The notes under the pieces: generated by a model | Databases searched by the model: none | Told to the model about the DNA's origin: nothing | Seen by the model: only the letters and a program-made list of their open reading frames with translations | Made by a program: the position numbers and the translations under genes | Part shown: positions 53,010 through 62,361 of the stretch, piece by piece | How the letters are laid out: every line of letters starts with the position of its first letter | Position numbering within the stretch: the first letter of the stretch is position 1 | Sequence record: MZ443783.1 | Length of the DNA stretch: 64,000 bases | Reading direction: 5' to 3' (one strand)

Positions 53010-54983
53010 TTACTCCAGTTTGTACTTGCTCTTAAACTCTGCGAGTCCCATAACAGGGATGCCTTTGTCCATCGCTTTCTGGAGTTTCGCAGAACCAGAG
53101 CCAGGGTCTTTTGCGATCAGTATCGTCGTATCGGCTTTCATGCTATCAGAAGCAGTACCACCAAGTTCAACGATACGCTTCATCAGGTCGCGATCACGAA
53201 TGCCTGTGAATGCTACGTTAACGCCTTTTAGCTTGGAGCTAACCACTTTCACTTTCTTCGGAGCAACGAGAGTCACGCCCATATTCGCGGCCATCATGTA
53301 TGACTTAACAGCAGCTTCTGCGATGGCAGGACCGAGCTTGTCGATGCCGTGCATACCACTAATCTTGAGAACAAGGTCTGCGGTATATCCACGCTTGAGG
53401 TAATACTCAAGGTTAGGAATGGCGTCAACAACTTTGTCGAACGTAGTGTTAGCACCGCGCATGAAGAATGACGCTGTAGCTTTCAGCCACGTATTCATCG
53501 GCACACCAGCTTTCAACGCTTTGAGGTCTTTAGCCAGTTGACGACCGCGAGAGTCGCCTACGATTTCACGCAGCGCACTCATTGAAGCACTAAACAACTG
53601 CTCAGGAGTTTTGATGCCTGACTCAACAAGCATCTTACAGGTACCAGGGCCTGTGTTCGCAACGTCCAGTCCTTTCAAGAACGAGCCAAGCATACGAGCA
53701 TCAGCAGCAGACGACTTCGTTTTGACGACGAACTCTACACCACTGATCTTGTACGGCACGTCAGGTAACTTAGGCTTCTTAGCGGGCTTGAGAATCTCCA
53801 TGATGTATGGGATTACCTTACCGCTTCGAATCAACTTAACCTTAGCACCAGGACCAAGCGGGCGTTTAGGGCCAAGCACTGCACCTTTCTTCTTCGGCTT
53901 GAGATAGCCGTGCTCAACGTAGAAACCGTTGTGAGCAGAAGCACGTTCGACAGTCACACCACCAGGCATAACAGTAGGTGGGAACAGTGCGACAGGAGCC
54001 AGTACGCCGTACTTGGACTCTTGATAGATAACGTCTTTGACAGTCACAATCACCGTGTCCGCTTCAACGTTCATCTTGAACTTAAAGGCATGTCGTGGGT
54101 TGCTTGCCGTAGCTTTCGGCGTGGCCACATCACGAGTCATCACGATGCCGTCGAGTTCATACTTCGCTTTGGCTATACGCTTGTCTAACCAAGGAATGAG
54201 TTCTTCCTGATTGTCGAAACGCAATGGACCAAAGTGACGCACTACCTCGAATCCCCACTTGTCTAACAGTTTGAACTGTTTCGACTGCGAGAGCGTGGCA
54301 CCTTTACCACCGATGATACCGAAGCATACCATGTGGACGTACTTGAACTCTTTAGAAGTTTCAAAGTTACGGATGAGTCCTGACGCAGCGTTACGTGCGG
54401 CCTTAAAGCGACCACCAGCAGATTCGTGCAGCTTCGCCATAAAGGTCTTGTAGGGAATCAGCGCTTCACAGCGTATAACCACCTGACCCTTTTCTGGGAT
54501 TTTCTGAGGAATGCGCATGGCCGGAAGGTGCTGAGACACATCCTTACCGTGAGTAGCATCGCCGCGAGTAAGCGCACGAACAGGCACACCCTTCTCGTAA
54601 ACGATTTCAATACTCAAGCCATCGAGCTTATCTGTCAGAATCCAGTCAACGTCTTCGGCCAGTGCCTTAGACAGTTGCTTACCGCCGAGCGTGTACTGAT
54701 CGAGACTCGCCATAGGAACAGGCAGCTTAACATCGGAATCATCACGAGCACCGATCTTACGAGCCAGCTTGGACTTAGGCCAGCGCGTGTCGATATAGCG
54801 ACGAATATGGTCATAGACCGCATCCGATATCAAGCCTTCCGAATCAGTGTGGAACGCATCATCAAGATGCGCCACAAGTTTCGTTGTCTGCGTCAGATTG
54901 AGCGTGTCCAGAACCTTATCAGGATTCCTTTCGAGCCGCTTCAATGAGATTTGCATGTTGTTTTCTCCGATCGTCATCAACAC
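53010..54983 (-). CDS. ligA: NAD-dependent DNA ligase
   Basis: ISDAVYD (domain Ia), KLDG, RGD...G.DV, DGIV, AFKF, OB fold, C-terminal BRCT; no obvious Cys4 zinc finger. Confidence 0.95.
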   Translation of the reverse strand: MLMTIGENNMQISLKRLERNPDKVLDTLNLTQTTKLVAHLDDAFHTDSEGLISDAVYDHIRRYIDTRWPKSKLARKIGARDDSDVKLPVPMASLDQYTLGGKQLSKALAEDVDWILTDKLDGLSIEIVYEKGVPVRALTRGDATHGKDVSQHLPAMRIPQKIPEKGQVVIRCEALIPYKTFMAKLHESAGGRFKAARNAASGLIRNFETSKEFKYVHMVCFGIIGGKGATLSQSKQFKLLDKWGFEVVRHFGPLRFDNQEELIPWLDKRIAKAKYELDGIVMTRDVATPKATASNPRHAFKFKMNVEADTVIVTVKDVIYQESKYGVLAPVALFPPTVMPGGVTVERASAHNGFYVEHGYLKPKKKGAVLGPKRPLGPGAKVKLIRSGKVIPYIMEILKPAKKPKLPDVPYKISGVEFVVKTKSSAADARMLGSFLKGLDVANTGPGTCKMLVESGIKTPEQLFSASMSALREIVGDSRGRQLAKDLKALKAGVPMNTWLKATASFFMRGANTTFDKVVDAIPNLEYYLKRGYTADLVLKISGMHGIDKLGPAIAEAAVKSYMMAANMGVTLVAPKKVKVVSSKLKGVNVAFTGIRDRDLMKRIVELGGTASDSMKADTTILIAKDPGSGSAKLQKAMDKGIPVMGLAEFKSKYKLE

Positions 54984-54996
54984 TGTTATTTACAGT

Positions 54997-56898
54997 CTAG
55001 CTGGCGATTGGGTCTTTGTTGACAGGATAATCTTCCACCATGTCGATTACGCGATTGAACAGCTTAGGCGCCATATCTTTCACATGTTCGGCATAGTCAA
55101 AGAGGTTTTGTTTACGCGCACGGTTCACACGGACCTGACGCACTTCATCAGGGCTGTTGGTGATATCGTACAGCGTATAGACCACGATATTATCAGAGGC
55201 GTTGTGCGTACTAACACGGACGATAACCCAATCACGATTGAGTTTGGCATCTGCTCTGAATCGCAGCACGTCACCTTCCTCCGCTTCTTCTGCGCGAGCA
55301 TTAGGAGTGGATTTGTTGGCGGCAGCAATCTTCTTCGCAGTCTCTTTAGCTTCGGCCTCTGCGGCAGCAACGTCAGAGTCTTGGTCTTCCTCTGCGTCAT
55401 TCTCATCTACCGCGTCAGTAGCGTCGGCTTCTGGGTCATCATCGGAGGCTTCGTCGTCTTCTGCTCCAGAATCTTCTGAGTCAGCTCCTTCGTCGTCAGC
55501 GCCTTCATCATCCACGGATTCGGAATCATCGTCGGCAGTGTCGTCCTCATTTGATTCATCATCAACATCTGGATCGCTATCGTCAACGTCTTCTTCTGCA
55601 TCTGGGTCTTCCTCTTCCTCTTCACCGTCAGTAGAGTCTTCTTCTGGTGCAGGCTTAGCAGGCTTGGCGCCTTTCTTAGGACGCACTTTAGGCGGCGGAG
55701 TATCTTCTTCGTCGTCTTCTGGTTCGTCAATATCAGAAAGGTCAAGCGCAGGTTCTTCGTGGTCTTCTGAATCATCACCACCAAACAGCGAACCTACAGA
55801 ATCTTCGATGTTGAACATGTCACCTGCAAACGGGCTGCGGGATAACACGTCTTCGAGTTTCTGCTCATCGAAGTCCAGATCGATTTCGACTTCTTCAATC
55901 GCATCGTCCAGTTCTTCGTGCTCAATGACACGCACACGCTTGCCACGTTTGTCGATACCATCTTCATAGACAGTACGCACTTCTGCTTTAGGCGCTTCGA
56001 TCTCACCGGACTTAACCTTGCTACGCAGGTCTTTCATCTCGGCAGCACGGGCCTGTTGCTTCTTACGTGTTTCCTTCGCAAGCTCTTTGCGTTGCTGCTT
56101 CTGCTCAAGAATCTTCGCATTGTTGGCGAGGCGTACAGCTTCTTCCTCTTCCAGTTGCGAGCGCTTACGATGACGGCGCACCTGCTTGCGATATGCTTTC
56201 AGCGTATCAATGTCCACTTCACCTTTCGGCCAATCATTGAATGGGAGAATGTTGGTGTCGTGAACAAGCAGATCGTATTGCGCGTCATCAATCTTAACGA
56301 ACAGGCCTTCGGTGCTAATGACCACACCGCCTTTACCTTGTCGCAAGAAGCGTACACCGATCATGTCGTTTTTGTACAGCTTGAGCATACCCTTAGAAGT
56401 CTTAATAGGGTATTCCATGCTCGGAACCATACGCCACTGATAGTTATCGAAGTTAACACCATACACAGCCTCAGACTTCACAGACTTAGGCGAGAAGCGG
56501 GCAGCATCGAACTGCACACGATTGATTTGGCGCTGCATGGTTTTAGCACCAGCAGTCTTCGTGCGCGTTTCACGTTGAACAACATCGGGGACCTTGCGCA
56601 GTTTGGAGCTACGCTCAATCAGGAACAGGCCTGTTGTTTTATCGAGAGGGAAGTCAACGTGAGGCATGTCGGCAAAGATTAATGTGTAGCGACCGCCATT
56701 GCGCAGCGGGAGAATGCCGAAAGTATCTCCATCACGAATCATACGCTTATGAGTTCGTTGGGATACTTCCTTGCCGCGTGAACCTTTATACTTCATCCAC
56801 GCGTACTTCGTTACTGCATCTTCGTGGGATGCGGACACGGAAAGTATCATGTTCTTGTCTCTATGTTGTCTGTCACTCATTGAAATTAGCTTACGCAA
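54997..56898 (-). CDS. Hypothetical protein with a coiled coil and a long acidic tract; candidate internal head protein
   Basis: Two copies of the shared ~70-aa domain; D/E tract; true start possibly 56850 (MILSVSAS) because the promoter motif lies at 56883-56890. Confidence 0.7.
   Translation of the reverse strand: MRKLISMSDRQHRDKNMILSVSASHEDAVTKYAWMKYKGSRGKEVSQRTHKRMIRDGDTFGILPLRNGGRYTLIFADMPHVDFPLDKTTGLFLIERSSKLRKVPDVVQRETRTKTAGAKTMQRQINRVQFDAARFSPKSVKSEAVYGVNFDNYQWRMVPSMEYPIKTSKGMLKLYKNDMIGVRFLRQGKGGVVISTEGLFVKIDDAQYDLLVHDTNILPFNDWPKGEVDIDTLKAYRKQVRRHRKRSQLEEEEAVRLANNAKILEQKQQRKELAKETRKKQQARAAEMKDLRSKVKSGEIEAPKAEVRTVYEDGIDKRGKRVRVIEHEELDDAIEEVEIDLDFDEQKLEDVLSRSPFAGDMFNIEDSVGSLFGGDDSEDHEEPALDLSDIDEPEDDEEDTPPPKVRPKKGAKPAKPAPEEDSTDGEEEEEDPDAEEDVDDSDPDVDDESNEDDTADDDSESVDDEGADDEGADSEDSGAEDDEASDDDPEADATDAVDENDAEEDQDSDVAAAEAEAKETAKKIAAANKSTPNARAEEAEEGDVLRFRADAKLNRDWVIVRVSTHNASDNIVVYTLYDITNSPDEVRQVRVNRARKQNLFDYAEHVKDMAPKLFNRVIDMVEDYPVNKDPIAS
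56883..56890 (-). promoter_or_regulatory. Putative late promoter motif GCTAATTT
   Basis: Immediately downstream of the hairpin at 56903-56924 and 33 nt before the ATG at 56850. Confidence 0.45.
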
Positions 56899-56902
56899 GG
56901 TA

Positions 56903-56924
56903 AAGCGGGGATTAACCCCCGCTT
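56903..56924. terminator. GC-rich hairpin, probable terminator
   Basis: AAGCGGGG-attaac-CCCCGCTT overlapping the stop of 56912-61099. Confidence 0.6.
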
Positions 56925-59900
56925 AAATACCCTCTTGCAGCACATGACATAGAGCCACAAGATTCTTCGCACACGGTGATTTGTGCCCACGTCCAGTAAC
57001 CGTTAGGCTGCTGAATCGCATACACCACAGACGGGTCAAAGCCCCAGACCTGCGTAGCATTTTGAAGTGCCAGCAATTCTGTTTCGAAATAACCTTCTTC
57101 GAGTGGCTTATCAATTGAACCGTGGTTAGGCTCAACAGTCCAGGCCTCAACTACAGGCGCAACAACAGCATACGACTTGTTGTTATCTGCTTTACGTGAC
57201 GTCCTTATCTCGACTGAAATAGGAGGGCGTGTTGCAGGTGCGCCAGGAGTACGCGCAACAGGAATGATTCTCGGTGCCTTGATAAGATCAGGCTCAAGTA
57301 CATCCGTGTCGATTCGTGGAGCACTTTGAATGAACTTACCTTCTATCAGATGCAGATAGACAGTAGGTGCATCCTTAGCAGACGGCTTCGCAACGTCAAC
57401 AGGCGCAGCAATCAGCTTGAGTTGTTCGAACTCACCAGCAGCAGGACTCACAGGGTACTTAACAATATGCTCCATACGCACAGGCGTAGCTGGGTCATAG
57501 TGATAGATCTGTGAAGGCTGCAACCAACGAGTGAACGGGATCTCAGGCATGAACAGCACGGCCGGATGGTAGTCAGGATCGACATACTTCGCGGTCATCG
57601 TCTTGGCTTTATACGTCACATAAGCAGGACGCCATAGAGGACGTGCCCAACCCACATGATAAACAGCAGACGGTTCGATATACTGCGGACCAAATGCGTC
57701 TGGATGGAACAAACCACCGAGATTAGCCTGACGCGGCTCTGTCATACCCTGCTGGAACAAGCCACCAGCATTTACCTTCTTGACCTCAAGCACGTCTACT
57801 GGATAGTTGCCTTTCGTGTCAGCAAATCGCGGCAGAATTTGGTCGGACTTCGTTTTAACACCGGTGCGGTACACAGGATCTCGAAGATCGAAATACTGTG
57901 GCGCATCGTCCATGTGCTCAACAAAGTTGTTGATGAACGTGTCATTGACAGTAGCAACATCTGTAGCGAAGGTCGGCCAGAACCAATCAGAAACAACATC
58001 CTCGCCAACAGTCGCTTCAAACAACTGGAAGTCCGTTGCAGTATCGACTTGTCCTTGCGTCATCTCAAACAGAGGGAATGTGGCAGTCGCTGCACCTTCG
58101 TTCGTACCGATGAAAGCAGGAAGAGGTGTAGTGGCAACAACATCCTTCTGACCCTCAGTGAGTTCAAACAGAGGGAAGTTATCGGACGCAAGTGCTGGTG
58201 CTTCTGTCAGTTCAAACAGAGGGAAGCGGTCGTAGATGATATCCGAACGGTCAATCAAATCGGCCATGCGGAAGTTATCCACAAAGTCCTTATGACCAGT
58301 GTCGAAGTCATTCCCTTTGATGACCTGCACAACGTCACGATCACCAGTAGCAATCACACGGTCGGCAGCAACCACAGCGTGGGTAGCAGCGTCTTCGAAG
58401 TCAAGCCACTGTAGTTGAACGTCCAGTTCTGGGTCGTACACAGGCGTGAGGACAATGTTCTGGTCAGACGCAGCAACATAGGTCTTAGCATCGAACACAG
58501 ACACTGCATCGGTGGTAGCGTCCAGATAGGACACGTCAAACAACTGAACAGAGTCAGTGCCATAAGCTGTGTACGTCGGGTCGACCGTCATGTTGTACAG
58601 CCAGCCAACTGACGCATCACCGAACTTCAACGAGTGAGGTTGATTCTGCGAAGGCAGGCCGTAGATCTTGAGCATCGTGTCTGCACATTCGAACGGACCT
58701 ACTACAAGGCCTTGCTCTTTGTACACACCACGACTATCAAGCTCTTGTTCAACACGCACACCATCAATGTCCAGCAGCATACCCGCAGGAATCGTGAAGT
58801 ACGTCCAGAAGTTATCTGGAATGTTGTCGATGAAGAACGTACCGCTATCACCCATGACATAACGTTCAGCACGTTTAGCAGCAGGTGTCGTACCCAGCCA
58901 TTGCTTGTCAGCCCATACATACCATTCATAAGTAAACTGGTCTGAATGGAACTTAACGGCATACTGCTTATTCTCTTTAGGTGTGAACTTAATGCTGGTG
59001 GAAGCACCAACGGCCAGAGTAATCGTCTGCGTACCGTTCGGGAATACAGCATCGGTATCAGTGATTGTCAAGACCAGAGGGATGGTGCCTGTGTTCTTCA
59101 TCACATCGGACTGGACTTCTTTGCCAACAGGCACGTATGCCCAGTGACGTCCAACATCCAATTGCGCTTCGACGATAGTGAACACGCTGAAACGAGAAGT
59201 GCCTTGTCCTACATCAACATCAATGCGTGACGTGTCGTTCTCATGCAGAATCTCAAAGCCGAGTGTCTGATTGTTACGGATAAGCACAGGCATTGCTGTC
59301 TCTACACCGTTAACGAAGATCTTCACACGGTCGTAATCTTCCACACCATCGACAAACACTTTCACAGGAACGGACACGTTAATGCCGGTGATGGCCACGT
59401 CTTCCGTACGGTTCCATGTGTCATTATCAACACCAACGATGTTCTGCCACGAGAAAGCATTAGGCGTATCGTCAGCTTTCATCTCAAACTGGTATACAGT
59501 ATGACCGATTGTAATAGGGAACGATGAGCTGGTGATGTACTCATGGCTTAACGTGATAGTGACTTCCTGCCCATCATACACTTTGGTCACAGGCACGGTC
59601 GTAACCGTAGTGACCTCTTTACCGTCTACGATATCAGTCGTGGTGACGTCAATCGTCGCAGCAACAGTAACGCCAGCAGGCGCAGTGATAGGCAGAGGGA
59701 TATCAGGGTCGCCAGCATCGACGAGAACCTTGAACTTGACAGTCGGACCAAGCTGGACAGAAGACAAGTCAGGCCACACGATATCGTAATTGCGAATCGC
59801 CAAATGCTTTAAGCCAGTAGTTGGTCGCGCAACGTAATAGAACAGGCGATCATACGTGTCGGCTTGAGTGTACGGCGGAGTGATGAGTTCTATGTATGGC

Positions 59901-61099
59901 CAACCAGAACGAGTCTGCGTAGGTGTTTCAGCAGATGCGAAGTTGAACAGTGCGTTACTACCGTTCGTGTCCATACCTGAAACGAGCTTACCACCCTTAT
60001 CAGTCCATGCAGCAGTCGTGTTAAACACAACGAGGTCGTTAGCGACAAGTGGACGAGCCGCTACGTTCTGAACGTTATCACGCAGGTTGAACTGATAAAT
60101 GTTTGTACCGTCATGCCCGAGCACCAACAATGAACTCGGAATGAACTGGTACCAGAAGACAGATGCAGGAGCAGCAGCAGTGTTACCTCCCACCAGCTTG
60201 CCGTCCAATGTTGACAGCACATCGTAGCTGTCGGAGCCATTAACGTAGAATTGGTCTGACTTAACAGAAGTCTCTACGAAAGATGCGTTAAGGTAATGCG
60301 CACGGCCATCTTTATCGAAAGCCACATAGCTATCGACTGTGTTTGTACCGACGCCAGCACGACGACAGATAACGCGATTGACTTCGTAGCCCAACTGCTT
60401 AGGTTCACCGAACTGCGTCATCGCTTCATCGAGAACATCAACCTGACCAGACGTGTGGAAGACTACCGCGCTGCGTTTGTTGTTCGTGTCGTAACTGACT
60501 TTATAGCCAGCGATATCAACGTCATCCATGCTACCGAACACTTTCGTATTCGAAGCATCACCGTCAGTGTGCAGATAGTACAGTCGGCGGCCTTGGCGGT
60601 CATAGACGATAGATATTGGTTTGGTTAAATCAAAGAACGTACCTTCAAAGTCCGAGAACTTCGCTACGCTACTTTGCTGCATGTCCTGTGTGGTAGGGAT
60701 GCGTACACCGCCACCAAGAACAAGACCACCATAGGTAGGATTGAGTGCGCCACCAAGTGGCATAGCATCCATACCCTGTGTGACTAAACGATAGTCCAGC
60801 TCTTTCGTCTGTGGACGGACAAAGATGCGAGACAGTGAATGCACAAGCACCCACGTATCACCGTCAAGATAATACAGCACAACAGGTTGCGTAGCAGCGG
60901 CAGAGACCGTTACGTTAGCGATAAGACTAACATCATAGTCAGAGCCTGAACTCGGCGTGATATCTTTCTCTGTGGAAGCATCAGCAAATGTCCCGCCAAC
61001 AACACGGAACTTGAGTGCATCAGTATGGCCGTTAACTGAAACAGTACCAGACCAAGACTGCGCACCCGTCGCTGATACGACAGGAATCATTTCAGCCAT
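56912..61099 (-). CDS. Large virion fibre/structural protein (1395 aa)
   Basis: Beta-propeller-like N-terminal region; TPNAFSWQ...ITGIN repeat typical of phage fibres; FPLFE repeats; Pro-rich C-terminus. Confidence 0.7.
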   Translation of the reverse strand: MAEMIPVVSATGAQSWSGTVSVNGHTDALKFRVVGGTFADASTEKDITPSSGSDYDVSLIANVTVSAAATQPVVLYYLDGDTWVLVHSLSRIFVRPQTKELDYRLVTQGMDAMPLGGALNPTYGGLVLGGGVRIPTTQDMQQSSVAKFSDFEGTFFDLTKPISIVYDRQGRRLYYLHTDGDASNTKVFGSMDDVDIAGYKVSYDTNNKRSAVVFHTSGQVDVLDEAMTQFGEPKQLGYEVNRVICRRAGVGTNTVDSYVAFDKDGRAHYLNASFVETSVKSDQFYVNGSDSYDVLSTLDGKLVGGNTAAAPASVFWYQFIPSSLLVLGHDGTNIYQFNLRDNVQNVAARPLVANDLVVFNTTAAWTDKGGKLVSGMDTNGSNALFNFASAETPTQTRSGWPYIELITPPYTQADTYDRLFYYVARPTTGLKHLAIRNYDIVWPDLSSVQLGPTVKFKVLVDAGDPDIPLPITAPAGVTVAATIDVTTTDIVDGKEVTTVTTVPVTKVYDGQEVTITLSHEYITSSSFPITIGHTVYQFEMKADDTPNAFSWQNIVGVDNDTWNRTEDVAITGINVSVPVKVFVDGVEDYDRVKIFVNGVETAMPVLIRNNQTLGFEILHENDTSRIDVDVGQGTSRFSVFTIVEAQLDVGRHWAYVPVGKEVQSDVMKNTGTIPLVLTITDTDAVFPNGTQTITLAVGASTSIKFTPKENKQYAVKFHSDQFTYEWYVWADKQWLGTTPAAKRAERYVMGDSGTFFIDNIPDNFWTYFTIPAGMLLDIDGVRVEQELDSRGVYKEQGLVVGPFECADTMLKIYGLPSQNQPHSLKFGDASVGWLYNMTVDPTYTAYGTDSVQLFDVSYLDATTDAVSVFDAKTYVAASDQNIVLTPVYDPELDVQLQWLDFEDAATHAVVAADRVIATGDRDVVQVIKGNDFDTGHKDFVDNFRMADLIDRSDIIYDRFPLFELTEAPALASDNFPLFELTEGQKDVVATTPLPAFIGTNEGAATATFPLFEMTQGQVDTATDFQLFEATVGEDVVSDWFWPTFATDVATVNDTFINNFVEHMDDAPQYFDLRDPVYRTGVKTKSDQILPRFADTKGNYPVDVLEVKKVNAGGLFQQGMTEPRQANLGGLFHPDAFGPQYIEPSAVYHVGWARPLWRPAYVTYKAKTMTAKYVDPDYHPAVLFMPEIPFTRWLQPSQIYHYDPATPVRMEHIVKYPVSPAAGEFEQLKLIAAPVDVAKPSAKDAPTVYLHLIEGKFIQSAPRIDTDVLEPDLIKAPRIIPVARTPGAPATRPPISVEIRTSRKADNNKSYAVVAPVVEAWTVEPNHGSIDKPLEEGYFETELLALQNATQVWGFDPSVVYAIQQPNGYWTWAQITVCEESCGSMSCAARGYLSGG

Positions 61100-61120
61100 T
61101 GTTCACCTCACGATGTAGAA

Positions 61121-61147
61121 ACGAAAAAGGGCGGCCGAAGCCACCCT
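61121..61147 (-). terminator. Intrinsic terminator (UUCG loop), identical to 43207-43233
   Basis: Minus strand AGGGTGGC-TTCG-GCCGCCCT followed by TTTT. Confidence 0.85.
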
Positions 61148-61160
61148 GTGAGGAATAGGC

Positions 61161-62342
61161 TTAGCCGCCTGTTACTTCTGGTTCTTTGTAACCCTGCAGG
61201 AAGAAGATACGCATACCGGTGTTGTTCGGACTGTTAGCAGTCAGAGCTTTGTAGGTACGTTTCTTCGGCGTGCTGCCGTCATCTTCCATTTCGTTGTACA
61301 CCTGCACGTCGATCAGAGTACCGTTGGAGATAACGTCAGAAGACGCATAGCCCACGATATCCATTTCGTACGGATAGCTGTAACGCTGGGTATTGAAGCC
61401 AGCAGGCAGACGGAAGTCGAAGTGGTTATCTTCGGAGAACGGAACCATCTGATACGGGTTGATAACCGCGTAGCTATCAGCACTGTGTACATGCGCAGGT
61501 ACTGGCAGAGTCGGTGCGTTCACATCAGACTCACGCACGGTGTAGCGCATGATCTGGAACGAGCCTGGGCTGTTAGTCGCAGGACGAACTTCCAGATCGT
61601 TGTTGATAGAACCACCGCCGTTGACAGAGAACATGCAGAACAGAGGGGCTTTACCATCGACGACAACAGATCCATCAGAGTTGATAGCACGCTGAACTAC
61701 CAGCCATGCACCACGGCAACCGTCAGAGTCACGACCTTCAACTGCGAGATGCAGAGCGAAGCCGTGCTCAGTCAGAGCGATGTGGTAGGTAAACGGTGAT
61801 GCTTCTGGGTCTGCCCAGATCAGGCTGTCTGGGTTCTGCTGACCTGCAGTGGCGTTGGTGGCGTTGGTTGGGTACGCCATGGTGCCGCCATAGTAAACTG
61901 CGCCGTTGCTGTTTGCAATGCCACGATGCCAGAAGCACACGTCATAGTCGCCAGTAGTACCACCAGTGTTGCCGTTAAAGCGAGCACCGACCTGACCTGC
62001 GTACTCCGCAAAAGAAGTACCGCCAACGGTAACAGTACCAGTCTTAGCGATAGTGCCTGTGTCAGAGATCTGCTCTGGAGCAGCAACGTACAGGTTGGTA
62101 CGTTTGTCGGTGACTTTACACGCTACACGCCAGCGCTGTTTGCCTGCACCAGTACCGGCCAATGGATCGACAGTCGCAGTAGCTTCAATAACGAATGAAG
62201 CCAGGTCGGTGGACGGAATCGTCGATGCGACGGTACCGTTAACGCTCACCAGCTGGAAGCCGTTGTCCACCAAATCCTGGAGGATAGATTTCCACATCTT
62301 GATGTTGCTGGTGAAGCCAGATTTCACAATCAGTTTGTTCAT
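61161..62342 (-). CDS. Abundant virion structural protein, paralog A (393 aa)
   Basis: Strong codon bias; collinear similarity to 62362-63348. Confidence 0.75.
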   Translation of the reverse strand: MNKLIVKSGFTSNIKMWKSILQDLVDNGFQLVSVNGTVASTIPSTDLASFVIEATATVDPLAGTGAGKQRWRVACKVTDKRTNLYVAAPEQISDTGTIAKTGTVTVGGTSFAEYAGQVGARFNGNTGGTTGDYDVCFWHRGIANSNGAVYYGGTMAYPTNATNATAGQQNPDSLIWADPEASPFTYHIALTEHGFALHLAVEGRDSDGCRGAWLVVQRAINSDGSVVVDGKAPLFCMFSVNGGGSINNDLEVRPATNSPGSFQIMRYTVRESDVNAPTLPVPAHVHSADSYAVINPYQMVPFSEDNHFDFRLPAGFNTQRYSYPYEMDIVGYASSDVISNGTLIDVQVYNEMEDDGSTPKKRTYKALTANSPNNTGMRIFFLQGYKEPEVTGG

Positions 62343-62361
62343 GAGTCGTTATCCCCTAATA

